Positions 21,120 through 30,692 of a DNA stretch of 64,000 bases are shown here, piece after piece. How positions within the stretch are numbered: the stretch's first letter is position 1; every line of letters starts with the position of its first letter. The notes under the pieces were generated by a model. It worked only from the letters and a program-made list of their open reading frames with translations. It made no database searches and had not been told where the DNA came from. Made by a program: the position numbers and the translations under genes. This DNA is from an uncultured delta proteobacterium (GTDB lineage: Bacteria > Desulfobacterota > WTBG01 > CAIYCZ01 > CAIRTM01): contig CAVRBJ010000038.1 in the NCBI GenBank assembly GCA_963718965.1, positions 86,402-150,401 of the forward strand. The letters run 5' to 3'.

Positions 21120-21138
21120 AATTAATCGAGCCTCGGCC

Positions 21139-21734
21139 ATGACCGCAAAAAAAGCCCCGGAACTGCGCAAGGAAGAGATTTTTAATGCAGCTCTTTTTTG
21201 TTTTAACCAGAATGGCTATTATGAAACCTCGATTGATATATTGCTGCAAAAGCAAAAATAACCAAAGGCGGCATTTATCATCACTTCACCTCAAAAAAAA
21301 GCCTCTTCATTGAACTTTTTCATACGGTTGCCAACCGCTACTTTGAAACGCTCAAGCTTAAAATACACAAGCCATCGGATGCATCACAGCATATGCAGGA
21401 TCTTGTCAGTAAATCCGAAGAAATATTCAATGAAAATATGGATATTCTAAGATTCTGCTTTGAGTTCATGTCGCTTGCAACACGCGATGCAGAGATACGA
21501 CGGGCTGTGAGCGACTTTTATAAAAACAGGGTTGCCATATTCGCTCAGACACTGTCTGACGGGGTGGGTAAAGGCATGTTTAAGGATATACCTGCAGAGG
21601 CCGTTGCACGGTCACTCTATTTTTTATCCATGGGCTTTTTTCTTACCTATTTTACCGTTGATATCGATTTTGACCCCATGACACAGCACACGATTAATAT
21701 GAAAACGTTCATGGAGGGGATCAAAAAGCAGTAA
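21139..21734 (+). CDS. TetR/AcrR family transcriptional regulator; one frameshift near 21250
   Basis: MTAKKAPELRKEEIFNAALFCFNQNGYYETSID, then after a shift IAAKAKITKGGIYHHFTSKKSLF (HTH). The C-terminal ligand domain is in ORF 21393-21734. Confidence 0.8.
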
Positions 21735-21820
21735 TAACGGCACAACTGTTGAAGCGATACAGCCAGAAACTAAGCAGGTAAAAACCAAACAATAATGAAT
21801 CAGTATGGAGGAATCAGCAC

Positions 21821-22729
21821 ATGAAACACATGACACGGACACTTACAGTACTGACACTGGCCATTGCCGCGCTTTTTTTCTTTACTGCGGCAACTGCGGC
21901 AGAACCACAGGCGGCAAAGGAAACAAAGGCCAAGGCTATCGACACCAAAGAACAGAAAACCAGCAATCACCCTGAAATTCCTGATGGCGTTTCCTGCAAT
22001 GACTGCCATGAAGTCAAGTACGATGCCAATACGACCGCGACCCAGGTCTGGCTGACCGGAGAGTCCCCGGCCAAAAAAGCTGGCGAAGGCGTTATGCCAA
22101 AAGAAAAAATCTGGCAGGAATTCACCAACATGATCGGCAACAAGACCGGAACTAAAACCTTTATCCTGGCCACCTGCCTGAACAATGAGCCGCTTTCCAC
22201 AACTGCGGAATTTTCCCTTGATCCGGCAAAAAAGGTTCTCTACGGGCTGCATGAAATGGGTACTGAAAAACTCAATCACGTACAAAACAACCCAAAGGTG
22301 AGCCTCAACTGGCATAAGGATTTTGACAGCTTTGCCGATTTCCGCTGCTGCCAGATAAAGGGACATGCCGAGCTGCTTGAAAACACCACCCCTGAATTTG
22401 AAGCCGCGGTAAAAAATTTCCTTCCCTATGAAAAAAGCGTGCGTCTGCCGGAAAATGCAACCGCGCAGCAAAAGGAAGATGCCTATAAGGCACGGCGTGA
22501 CATGCTCAAAAAAGGCAATTTCGTCGTGATGAAAATCTCCATTGACCGCATTACCATGGCAAATTCAGCTTTCACAAAAGAGGGTTTCCGCATATATCAG
22601 CGCTGGGTCACACTGATGGGCAGCAATAGCAGGCAGAGCGGTAAACCGCATCACATTACAGGAGCACACTATGAAAACTATCGTCATTACAGGAAGCACC
22701 CGCGGTATCGGCCATGGTATGGCCCTTGA
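21821..22729 (+). CDS. Secreted protein with one CXXCH haem-c motif fused to a PNPOx-like split-barrel domain; 3' end uncertain
   Basis: The signal peptide is MKHMTRTLTVLTLAIAALFFFTAATAAEP. The haem motif is CNDCH. The body reads ...FILATCLNNEPLSTTAEFSLDP..KVLYGLHEMGTEKLNHVQNNPKVSLNWH...CQIKGHAELL...VMKISIDRITM... The last ~60 nt overlap the next SDR, whose own RBS and ATG are at 22671. The true stop is therefore probably earlier or shifted. Confidence 0.6.
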   Translation: MKHMTRTLTVLTLAIAALFFFTAATAAEPQAAKETKAKAIDTKEQKTSNHPEIPDGVSCNDCHEVKYDANTTATQVWLTGESPAKKAGEGVMPKEKIWQEFTNMIGNKTGTKTFILATCLNNEPLSTTAEFSLDPAKKVLYGLHEMGTEKLNHVQNNPKVSLNWHKDFDSFADFRCCQIKGHAELLENTTPEFEAAVKNFLPYEKSVRLPENATAQQKEDAYKARRDMLKKGNFVVMKISIDRITMANSAFTKEGFRIYQRWVTLMGSNSRQSGKPHHITGAHYENYRHYRKHPRYRPWYGP

Positions 22730-23478
22730 ATTTTTAAAGCGCGGCTGCTGCGTCATGATCAGCGGCCGCAAAAAAGAACAGGTGGACAGTGAGGTTGAAA
22801 AAATTCGCTGAAGCTTACGGCAAAGATAAAGTTGCCGGCCACCCCTGCGAAATTACCAGCTATGAGCAGATACAGGCCCTGTGGGATGCTGCCGTTAAAA
22901 GCCTTCGGCACGGTTGACATCTGGATAAACAATGCGGGCGTTACCCACCCAACGCTGAATGTCAGGGAGCTGACACCCGCTGATATTAAAAATGTTGTCG
23001 ACACCAATATCACCGGTCTGATGTATGCAAACCAGATTGCCTTGCGTGGCATGACAGCTCAAGGGCATGGTTTTATTTACAATATGGAAGGCCACGGCAG
23101 CCATGATGAATATATTGCAGGGCTGTCGGTTTATGGCGCAACAAAACGGGCTGTTACCTATTTCACAAATTCGCTGCTGCATGGAGATCGATGGCGATAC
23201 GGTCAAGGCAGGACTGCTTTCGCCGGGAATCGTTATGACCGATTTTATCATTGATGAAATGCGCAAGCTGCCGCCGGATCGTTTTGAAACGGCAAAAATC
23301 GTCTACAACTGCCTTGCCGATACGGTTGAAACCGTGACGCCCTGGCTGGCTGAAAATATCCTGGCCAATGAGGAAAGCGGCAAAGAGATTGCCTGGCTGG
23401 ACACGGAAAAAGCCAATGAGCGTTTCAATTCCGATGAATACTGCAGCAGAGATCTGCTCAGTCAATTCGGGCTGTTAA
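22671..23478 (+). CDS. SDR family oxidoreductase, paralog 2 of 3; frameshifted about four times
   Basis: MKTIVITGSTRGIGHGMALEFLKRG..., ...VDIWINNAGVTHP..., ...VYGATKRAVTYF..., ...LSPGIVMTDFIIDEMRKLPPDRFETAKIVYNCLADTVETVTPWL... The ending ...LSQFGL parallels ...FTQHGL of paralog 3 if one base in CTGTTAA (23472-23478) is removed. Confidence 0.8.
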
Positions 23479-23502
23479 TTAATCTACTATTTGGGGGTAT
23501 AT

Positions 23503-24312
23503 ATGAAATCAGTTGTAATAACAGGCAGTTCAAAAGGCATCGGCCTTGGTCTGGCAAAAGAATTCTTAAAAAAAGGCTGCTCGGTCATGTTTTCAAGCTT
23601 TGCCAGGGCTGAAATGGAGCAGGAGTTCGAAAAAGCTGCAGCTGAATTCGGCAAGGACAAGGTTGCCTGCTTTCACTGCGATGTCACCAGCCTTGAGCAG
23701 GTTCAGGGGCTCTGGGATGCGGCTGTAAAAGCCTTCGGCAAAGTTGATATCTGGATGAACAATGCCGGCATCGCCAATACGACCCGTCTTTTCTGGGAGC
23801 TCGAAGCAAAGGAAATTCCCCGCGTCGTCGGCACCAACATGACCGGCGTTATGTACGGCAGCCATGTGGCGATACGGGCTATGATCGCTCAGGGCTTTGG
23901 CGCTATTTATAATTCGGAAGGCTTTGGCAGCGACGACATGTTTGTCAACGGCCTTGCGGTGTACGGCGCAACCAAGCGCGGTGACCGCTATTTCACCGAA
24001 GCGCTGGCCGAGGAGGTCAGCAAAAATGAAATACCCGTCATTGTGGGCACGATAAGCCCCGGAATAGTGCTGACTGATTTCCTGCTTGATGACATGCGGA
24101 AAATGCCCCCCGATATTCTTGAAACGACTAAAGCGGTGTACAACAGCCTTGCCGACACGGTTGAAGTTGTCACCCCGTGGCTGGTTGAAGAAGTGCTCGG
24201 CAATACTGATAACGGCAAACGCATCATCTGGCTGACCGAGGAAAAAGCAAATGCGCGGTTTGAATCCGAGGAATACTACACCCGGGATCTTTTCACGCAG
24301 CATGGCCTATAA
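23503..24312 (+). CDS. SDR family oxidoreductase, paralog 3 of 3 (intact)
   Basis: The start is the ATG at 23503. Blocks are MKSVVITGSSKGIGLGLAKEFLKKG, DIWMNNAG, VYGATKR and ISPGIVLTDFLLDDMRKMPPDILETTKAVYNSLADTVEVVTPWL. Confidence 0.9.
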   Translation: MKSVVITGSSKGIGLGLAKEFLKKGCSVMFSSFARAEMEQEFEKAAAEFGKDKVACFHCDVTSLEQVQGLWDAAVKAFGKVDIWMNNAGIANTTRLFWELEAKEIPRVVGTNMTGVMYGSHVAIRAMIAQGFGAIYNSEGFGSDDMFVNGLAVYGATKRGDRYFTEALAEEVSKNEIPVIVGTISPGIVLTDFLLDDMRKMPPDILETTKAVYNSLADTVEVVTPWLVEEVLGNTDNGKRIIWLTEEKANARFESEEYYTRDLFTQHGL

Positions 24313-24324
24313 GGTATTTAAACA

Positions 24325-24343
24325 TTGACAATAAAGATGTCAA
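24325..24343. promoter_or_regulatory. Palindrome TTGACA-N7-TGTCAA upstream of the MFS gene (candidate operator / -35 box)
   Basis: TTGACAATAAAGATGTCAA lies about 75 nt upstream of the ATG at 24418. The half-site is shared with the palindrome at 20198-20213. Confidence 0.3.
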
Positions 24344-24417
24344 CAACATAAACTTTGCAAAATTGAAATCCTAGCATAAACAGTTATTTTAAAACAACCA
24401 TTAACAAGGGAGGGAAA

Positions 24418-25980
24418 ATGGCTGAAGCAACCGAAACCACAATCAAAGCTCCTAAATTCGCCGGCATCACCATACTGTCGGGTCTGTCCAAGACCAACTA
24501 TTTCTTCATGTTTTTCAACACCTTCCTTATCGGCATGTTCCTGAGCGTTACGGCGGTTCTGCAGCCGGCTTTCATGAAAGATATTATTAAAATCGATCAG
24601 GAGTTTGCCGGCACCATCATCAGTTTTCTCCAAAACATGAGCCAGATTGCAACACTGCTTTTTGTCGCATTGATCGGCGCTTTGTCCGATAAAACCGGCC
24701 GCAAAATAATGGTTCTTGCAAGCTTTATCGTCCTGTTCATTTCCTACTACCTGTTTAAAATCTCCAATGCAAATTGCTATTGGGCTGGGTATTTCACCGG
24801 AGATAGCAGCGACAATCTGCGCCTGGCTGAGCTTCGCACCCGATAAAGCCTCTGCATTTACCTCTTTTGCCCCGGGCCTGCTCGTATCCTATGTGGCGCG
24901 TTTTCTGGTCGGCATTGGTCTGATACTCGGCTTTCCGCAGTTAATTACCATGGTCGGTGACTATACCCGGGACAAGGACCGCGGCAAGGGCATGGCCATG
25001 AACGGTATGGCTTCGGGATTTGCCGCCCTTGTAGTTTTTGGCCTGTTCGGCGCTATTATGAAAAAAGGCGGCGTGCTGGCAGGTTTTGATGCCTGCCTGC
25101 TGCTTGCGGCAATAGGCGCCGTGCTGACCGCGGTATTCATGAAAGACAGGATGCCGGAGCAGGCCGCTGAGAAGCAGGGCCTCAAGGATGTCATTCCCCT
25201 GGTTAAGGAAAGCATGGCTTTAAAAGCCGCCTATTTGACTACACTGGTTACCCGCGCCGACATCGTGGTTCTTGCGACCTATCTGGTTGCCTGGGGCGTC
25301 ATGGCAGGACCTGCTGCAGGGTATGATTCCGGCAAAGCTACCTTAATGGCCACAATTCCCATGATGATCATGGGCGTCATATCTTTAGTTTGCATTTCCT
25401 GTTATCGGCGTGATGCTCGAGAAAAAAGGCAGGATGCCGACAATTATTTTCAGTGTTCTCTGCGCCGGCATCAGCATGCTGCTCGTGGCTATTGCCCCGG
25501 GCCCATTCCATTGGCTGTGCTTTCTTGCTGCAATTTTTGCCGGTATCGGCATGGCAGGATCGATTGTCGGCGCCAATACCCTTGCCATGGATGCCTCCCC
25601 AATAACACTTATGGGCGCGGTTATGGGCGGCCTCTCCACCATGCAGCCCATTGGCATTCTGTTTTTTCTTGCACTGGGCGGAGTTTTGTATGACGGGATC
25701 AGCCCGGGTGCAGCTTTTGCCCTCAAGGGCATCGCCAGCATCGCTCTGGTTGTATGGCTTTTCACCATCAGAAATGACGTCACGGAGGAAATAAAGGCGA
25801 CATTCAATATGGACTGGGAAGAGGGCTGCAAAATCGAAGATGATGAAGATCCCCGGCGGCGTGCGCCAGGGAGCCATCGAGGGTACCGAGTCCTATGCCC
25901 AGGACCAGGGCCTGACAGAGGTCACCGTTGCACTTTGCCAGGAACTCAAGAAAATGATGGATGAGGCTGACGGCGTGTAA
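24418..25980 (+). CDS. MFS transporter with a C-terminal PCP_red-like domain; frameshifted about three times
   Basis: The ATG follows GGGAGGG. Twelve-TM-like hydrophobic content runs across ORFs 24418-24846, 24716-25693 and 25410-25964, including the MFS loop ...GALSDKTGRK... After a shift near 25830 the tail reads MDWEEGAAKSKMMKIPGGVRQGAIEGTESYAQDQGLTEVTVALCQELKKMMDEADGV, with a stop at 25978-25980. Confidence 0.7.
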
Positions 25981-26085
25981 TTATTATAAAGATCATTAAA
26001 AGGCTGCCAGCCTGTGGCAGCCTTTCTTTTTTTAGGTTCTCTCCCAGGCACATATGCGATGCTGTAATCAAAAAAAGGAACTTGC

Positions 26086-26537
26086 ATGACTGTTTCTGCT
26101 GCCGAAATAAATTCGAAAGGAAAAACTGCGAGCCCTGCTTGCAGCAAGAAAAGCCTCTCTTCTAGCAGAACTTCGCAAGTCAATGGAAGAACAGAGAACA
26201 GAAAACAGCAGCATGTCATTTGAACTTGCGCAGGATGACGGTGATAAATCAGTTGAAGATCATGAACGGCATGTACAGGCTTCCGTAGCAGAGCATAAAA
26301 TCAGAGCAGCTTGATCGTATTGAGCAGGCACTTGAAAAACTTGCTGCCGGAACCTACGGCATATGTGCTGAGTGCGGATGTGAAATACCGCTTCAGCGTC
26401 TTGCAATACAGACATGCACATCGTACTGCGTTGGCTGTCAGGAAGAAATAGACCAGATGAACAAACGTGACAAGCTCCTCATTCAGAAAAACGAATCGAA
26501 GCTCGAAACAACCTATGACTATCTGCCTGATGATTGA
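26086..26537 (+). CDS. TraR/DksA family C4-type zinc-finger protein; two frameshifts
   Basis: The coiled-coil part is ...KLRALLAARKASLLAELRKSMEEQRTEN... The zinc finger is GICAECGCEIPLQRLAIQTCTSYCVGC. The reverse ORFs 25893-26219 and 26301-26657 are shadows. Confidence 0.7.
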
Positions 26538-26631
26538 ACCGTTAAACCAAACGGATAAAGAATTTGACTCACCTGTGTGCCTCCTGTTATAGATACAGCA
26601 GACAACTAACTCCACGGACAAAACGAAATCT

Positions 26632-27618
26632 ATGCCGGTGCTTCTTGAAGTCGACAATCTCCAGACGCAGCTTCATTTGCCACAGGGCAGCGCCCATGTC
26701 GTTGATCATGTCAGTTTTACACTAAGCAGCAGCCAGACACTGGCGCTGGTCGGCGAATCAGGCTGCGGCAAAACAATGACCGCCTACTCTATTCTCCGCC
26801 TTCTGCCCTCACCTCCCGCAGCTATTACCGGTGGCAATATTTTATTCAACGGCGAAAATCTCCTTGCTCTGCCAGAAAAAAAAATGCGCCGGATCCGCGG
26901 CGGCAAAATTTCTATAATCTTCCAGGAGCCCCTGACGTCGCTTAATCCGGTTTTCAGAGTTGGAAGCCAGATAGCAGAGGTTCTGCAGGTTCATACAGGC
27001 TTGTCCTCGAAAGATGCACTTGAAAAGACCGTGCAGCTGCTGAGCGATGTGGGAATACCGTCACCGGAGCAGCGAATTCGAGACTACCCTCATCAAATGA
27101 GCGGCGGCATGCGACAGCGTGTAATGATTGCCATGGCAATTGCCTGCAAACCACAGCTGCTCATTGCAGATGAGCCGACAACCGCTCTTGATGTAACCGT
27201 GCAGGCACAGATTATGGAACTGCTCAACCGGCTCAAAGAGCAGCACACTATGGCGCTGCTGCTTATCACGCACGATTTGGGTGTTGTTGCTGAAGCCGCA
27301 CATGATGTTGCCGTCATGTATGCAGGCAGAATTCTTGAATACACGGATGTTGCAACACTCTTTGCCAAACCGGCAAGCCCCTATACCCAGGGCCTTCTCA
27401 ATTCACTTCCGCGGCGAGGCGTTACTCGGCTCAAGCCGATACGCGGCATGATACCCTCTCTTTTTGAGTTGCCGAAGGGATGCAAATTCTCCTCGCGCTG
27501 CGACAATGCTTTCGACCTCTGTATGCAGCAGGAGCCTGATCTTATAAACATCGCACAGGGTTGCGGGACAGCCCATTTTGTACGCTGCTGGCTCTATCAA
27601 AATGAAGCGCCCAGGTGA
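26632..27618 (+). CDS. ABC transporter ATP-binding protein, oligopeptide/dipeptide OppD/DppD type
   Basis: Intact 328-aa ORF. Walker A is GESGCGKT, the signature is MSGGMRQRV and Walker B is [12 protein letters not shown]. The C-terminal oligo_HPY-like tail is ...[11 protein letters not shown]...CKFSSRC. Confidence 0.9.
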   Translation: MPVLLEVDNLQTQLHLPQGSAHVVDHVSFTLSSSQTLALVGESGCGKTMTAYSILRLLPSPPAAITGGNILFNGENLLALPEKKMRRIRGGKISIIFQEPLTSLNPVFRVGSQIAEVLQVHTGLSSKDALEKTVQLLSDVGIPSPEQRIRDYPHQMSGGMRQRVMIAMAIACKPQLLIADEPTTALDVTVQAQIMELLNRLKEQHTMALLLITHDLGVVAEAAHDVAVMYAGRILEYTDVATLFAKPASPYTQGLLNSLPRRGVTRLKPIRGMIPSLFELPKGCKFSSRCDNAFDLCMQQEPDLINIAQGCGTAHFVRCWLYQNEAPR

Positions 27619-27624
27619 AGGATT

Positions 27625-28597
27625 ATGGATAGCACTCGATTGCTTGACATCATAGACCTGAAAAAAAGCTTCCCTGTTTCAAAGGGGTTTTTTTCTCGCA
27701 CGTTCGATTGTATCCAGGCTGTCAACGGCATCAGCTTCAGCATTATACAGGGTGAAATCCTTGGACTTGTCGGCGAATCAGGCTGCGGCAAATCAACCGT
27801 GGCACGGCTTGCGCTCAACCTTGATCGACCCGACAGCGGCAGCATACTGTTTAAAGGGTGACAATATCTTTGAACTAAAACATGCAGCGCTGAAACAATT
27901 CAGACGCAGTGTACAGATAATCTTCCAGGATCCGTTCTCATCCCTCAACCCGAGAAAAAAAGTCGGCAGCATTATCGGTGAACCGCTCCTGATACACGGC
28001 ATTGCTGCCCGTCGCGACATACCGGAAAAAGTCATCAAACTTATGGAGCTTGTCGGGCTTCGCAGGGATTACTATAACAGGTATCCCCATGAGTTCAGCA
28101 GCGGCCAGCGACAGCGCATAGGCATTGCACGGGCACTCAGTCTTATGCCCGAACTGATTGTGGCGGACGAACCGGTATCAGCCCTTGACGTTTCTATTCA
28201 GGCGCAAACCATCAACCTTTTGTTGGATTTACAGAAGCAGTTCGGACTTACCTATCTTTTCATTTCACATGACCTGTCTATTGTAAGACATGTCAGCACG
28301 CGCGTTGCTGTCATGTATCTGGGAAAAATAGTCGAACTCGGGCCGAATGCCCGGTTATATGAACGCCCTCTTCATCCATACACAGAAGCGCTCCTGTCTG
28401 CGGTGCCCGCACCTGACCCCGGCATAAAAAAACAGCGTGTCATATTAAACGGCGATCCACCCAGTCCGATTGGACGACGTACGGGTTGTGCGTTTTCCGA
28501 CCGCTGCCCTATTGCAGATGCGGCAATGTGTTTTGATACGGAGCCCGCCTTTGTTGAAAAAGCAACTGGTCATTGGGCTTCATGTCATAAACGCTGA
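27625..28597 (+). CDS. ABC transporter ATP-binding protein, OppF/DppF type; one frameshift near 27860
   Basis: GESGCGKST, ...ILFKG|[32 protein letters not shown]..., [27 protein letters not shown], ...[12 protein letters not shown]. Confidence 0.85.
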
Positions 28598-28616
28598 CAG
28601 GGGAGATGCTTCGGCA

Positions 28617-30533
28617 ATGTCTGCACAAAACCCTACCATACATGAACTGAGAGCGAATCTGCGAAATATTGCCGGGCAGCTTGAAGTTATGCTATCCGCG
28701 CAAAAGGGGTATGAAGAAATATTTCTTTCAACAAACGCCAACAAATCTGACATTCTTCAGCTTCTCAGCAAAAATCTTCGCGTAGACTATGTAAGCCCTT
28801 CATCATGGCCAATCACAGGATATACCCCTGAAGAAATGGTTGGGCGCAGTTGCCTTGATTTTATTCATCCGGATGATATGTCAAGTGCCATGGATGCTAT
28901 TTTTGAAATTATCGAGTCCGGCCAGTGCGATCGATGTATTGAATTTCGCATCAAGCACAAGAGCGGTTATTATGTGCCCGTTGAAGCGATCGGCAAATAC
29001 ATGGCAAACATGCTGGATGCCGGAGGTATCATCATACATTACCGGAATATGACTAAACAAAAAAAGACTGAGTACGAGATATTCGAACAGAAAAAATTTT
29101 ATGAAACCATACTCAATACGATCTATGATGGCGTATTCGTCACTGATCGCGGCGACACAATCACCTTCATCAACAATGCTTTTTTACTTACTACAGGCCT
29201 GTCTGCCGACAGGGTAATGGGCAAAAATATTCTGCTCGATATATTAGCTGACAGCTCGCAGCATTTTCAGAACTATTATGCTCAGGCCCGCAGTCGATTG
29301 ACTCCGATTAATTTCGACAGCATTCCTGCAACCACATTTTCCGGCATTACCATATTCCTTTCCGGCTGGTGTATACCCAAGAATGCTGAAGGCGTTTTTG
29401 ACGGAATGATCTGCACATTCACCGACATAAGCGAGCAGCGTAAGATAAAAGAAAAACTTTCTGAAAGCGAAACCCGTTTCCGCTCCATAGCAGAAACAGC
29501 CACCGACGGCATCATTACGGTAAAGAGAAGCGGCGAGGTTATTTACTGGAACTCGGCCGCAACACACATATTAGGCTACAGCGCTCAGGACATTGTAGGT
29601 AAGGATATTTACAAAATAATGCCCGACACGATCATGCAGGATCACAAGACGATATTTGCAGAGCCCGAACGGGAGCAGATCAAGGTAAACATCGGGCGCA
29701 GCATTGAAGGCAGGGCTCGAAAAAAAGACGGCACTTTTTTTCCAATCGAGCTGTCCCTGGGAAGTTGGACCATCGGCGAGGAAACATATTTTACCGCAAT
29801 TATTCGCGATATCACGCATAGAAAGCATATCGAACAGTCTCTGCAGCATTCAGAGCAGGAACTTAAAAACCTTTCCTCCCGCCTTTTGCACGCACATGAA
29901 CAGGAGCGCAAGCGCATAGCATATGAACTGCATGACGGACTCGGGCAAATTCTGAGCGCTGCAAAAATAGGTGTCAAAACCATGCTGGATGCGTATTCTC
30001 AACGGCATACCGCTCGCACACACAATCCCGAGGATAGCCTTCCGGGCATCATTCAGTCTGCCATTGACGAGGTGCGGAGAATTTCACGGGATTTGCGGCC
30101 GTCAATTCTTGATGATCTTGGAATTATAGCTGCACTGCATTCATTTTGTTTTGATTTCGAAAAGGTTAACAGGACTATAACTGTCGTCAGAGAAATTAGC
30201 GCGTGCGACGGGAATATTCCTGAAAAAATAAAAATTGTAATCTACCGTGTCACTCAGGAGGCTTGCACCAACATTGTTCGCCACAGTCATGCAAACAGGG
30301 TTACGGTGCATCTTTCATCTGTATCAGGAAATGTACAGTTGCGCATACACGATAACGGCACCGGCTTTGATCTGCACACACTGCATGATGGCAGAGAATC
30401 AGATCGAGGCCTGGGATTATCAAGCATGAAAGAGCGGATTGAGTTTTCCGGCGGCTGCTTTTCGCTGACGTCTTCACCGGATCAGGGCACAACCGTTCAG
30501 GCACTCTGGCAATCGGGCCAGACAGCAGCATAG
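28617..30533 (+). CDS. PAS-domain sensor histidine kinase (HisKA_3/NarX-type dimerisation domain plus HATPase)
   Basis: The ATG at 28617 follows AGGGGAG. Three PAS-like modules are present. The H-box is ELHDGLGQILSAAK, followed by N/G boxes (...THIVRHSHA..., ...DNGTGF..., GLGLSSMKERI...). No cognate response regulator is adjacent. Confidence 0.85.
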   Translation: MSAQNPTIHELRANLRNIAGQLEVMLSAQKGYEEIFLSTNANKSDILQLLSKNLRVDYVSPSSWPITGYTPEEMVGRSCLDFIHPDDMSSAMDAIFEIIESGQCDRCIEFRIKHKSGYYVPVEAIGKYMANMLDAGGIIIHYRNMTKQKKTEYEIFEQKKFYETILNTIYDGVFVTDRGDTITFINNAFLLTTGLSADRVMGKNILLDILADSSQHFQNYYAQARSRLTPINFDSIPATTFSGITIFLSGWCIPKNAEGVFDGMICTFTDISEQRKIKEKLSESETRFRSIAETATDGIITVKRSGEVIYWNSAATHILGYSAQDIVGKDIYKIMPDTIMQDHKTIFAEPEREQIKVNIGRSIEGRARKKDGTFFPIELSLGSWTIGEETYFTAIIRDITHRKHIEQSLQHSEQELKNLSSRLLHAHEQERKRIAYELHDGLGQILSAAKIGVKTMLDAYSQRHTARTHNPEDSLPGIIQSAIDEVRRISRDLRPSILDDLGIIAALHSFCFDFEKVNRTITVVREISACDGNIPEKIKIVIYRVTQEACTNIVRHSHANRVTVHLSSVSGNVQLRIHDNGTGFDLHTLHDGRESDRGLGLSSMKERIEFSGGCFSLTSSPDQGTTVQALWQSGQTAA

Positions 30534-30692
30534 TATATGCTTTTCGTATTAAGTGATACGATCTCAGAATCACAATGCGGCTTATGTTCAGTTGAACGTG
30601 AACTGTGTTTTACACATAAAACAATAAAAGACTTCCGGGACAACCATGTATTACATCACAACATTTATACAAAATAATGCAATGAGCCTTAC

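Noticed and set aside
23593-24303. Long antisense shadow ORFs opposite real genes. Other examples are 3908-4597, 7027-7458, 37031-37630, 41700-42233, 58044-58673, 60878-61381 and 63115-63841.
   Set aside because: Each lies entirely inside a gene on the other strand that has clear family motifs. Their translations are low-complexity (Arg/Ala/Gly/Ser-rich) with no recognisable domains.
25893-26657. Reverse ORFs 25893-26219 and 26301-26657.
   Set aside because: They are shadows of the plus-strand, frame-shifted TraR/DksA gene, whose CxxC-x17-CxxC zinc finger is unambiguous.
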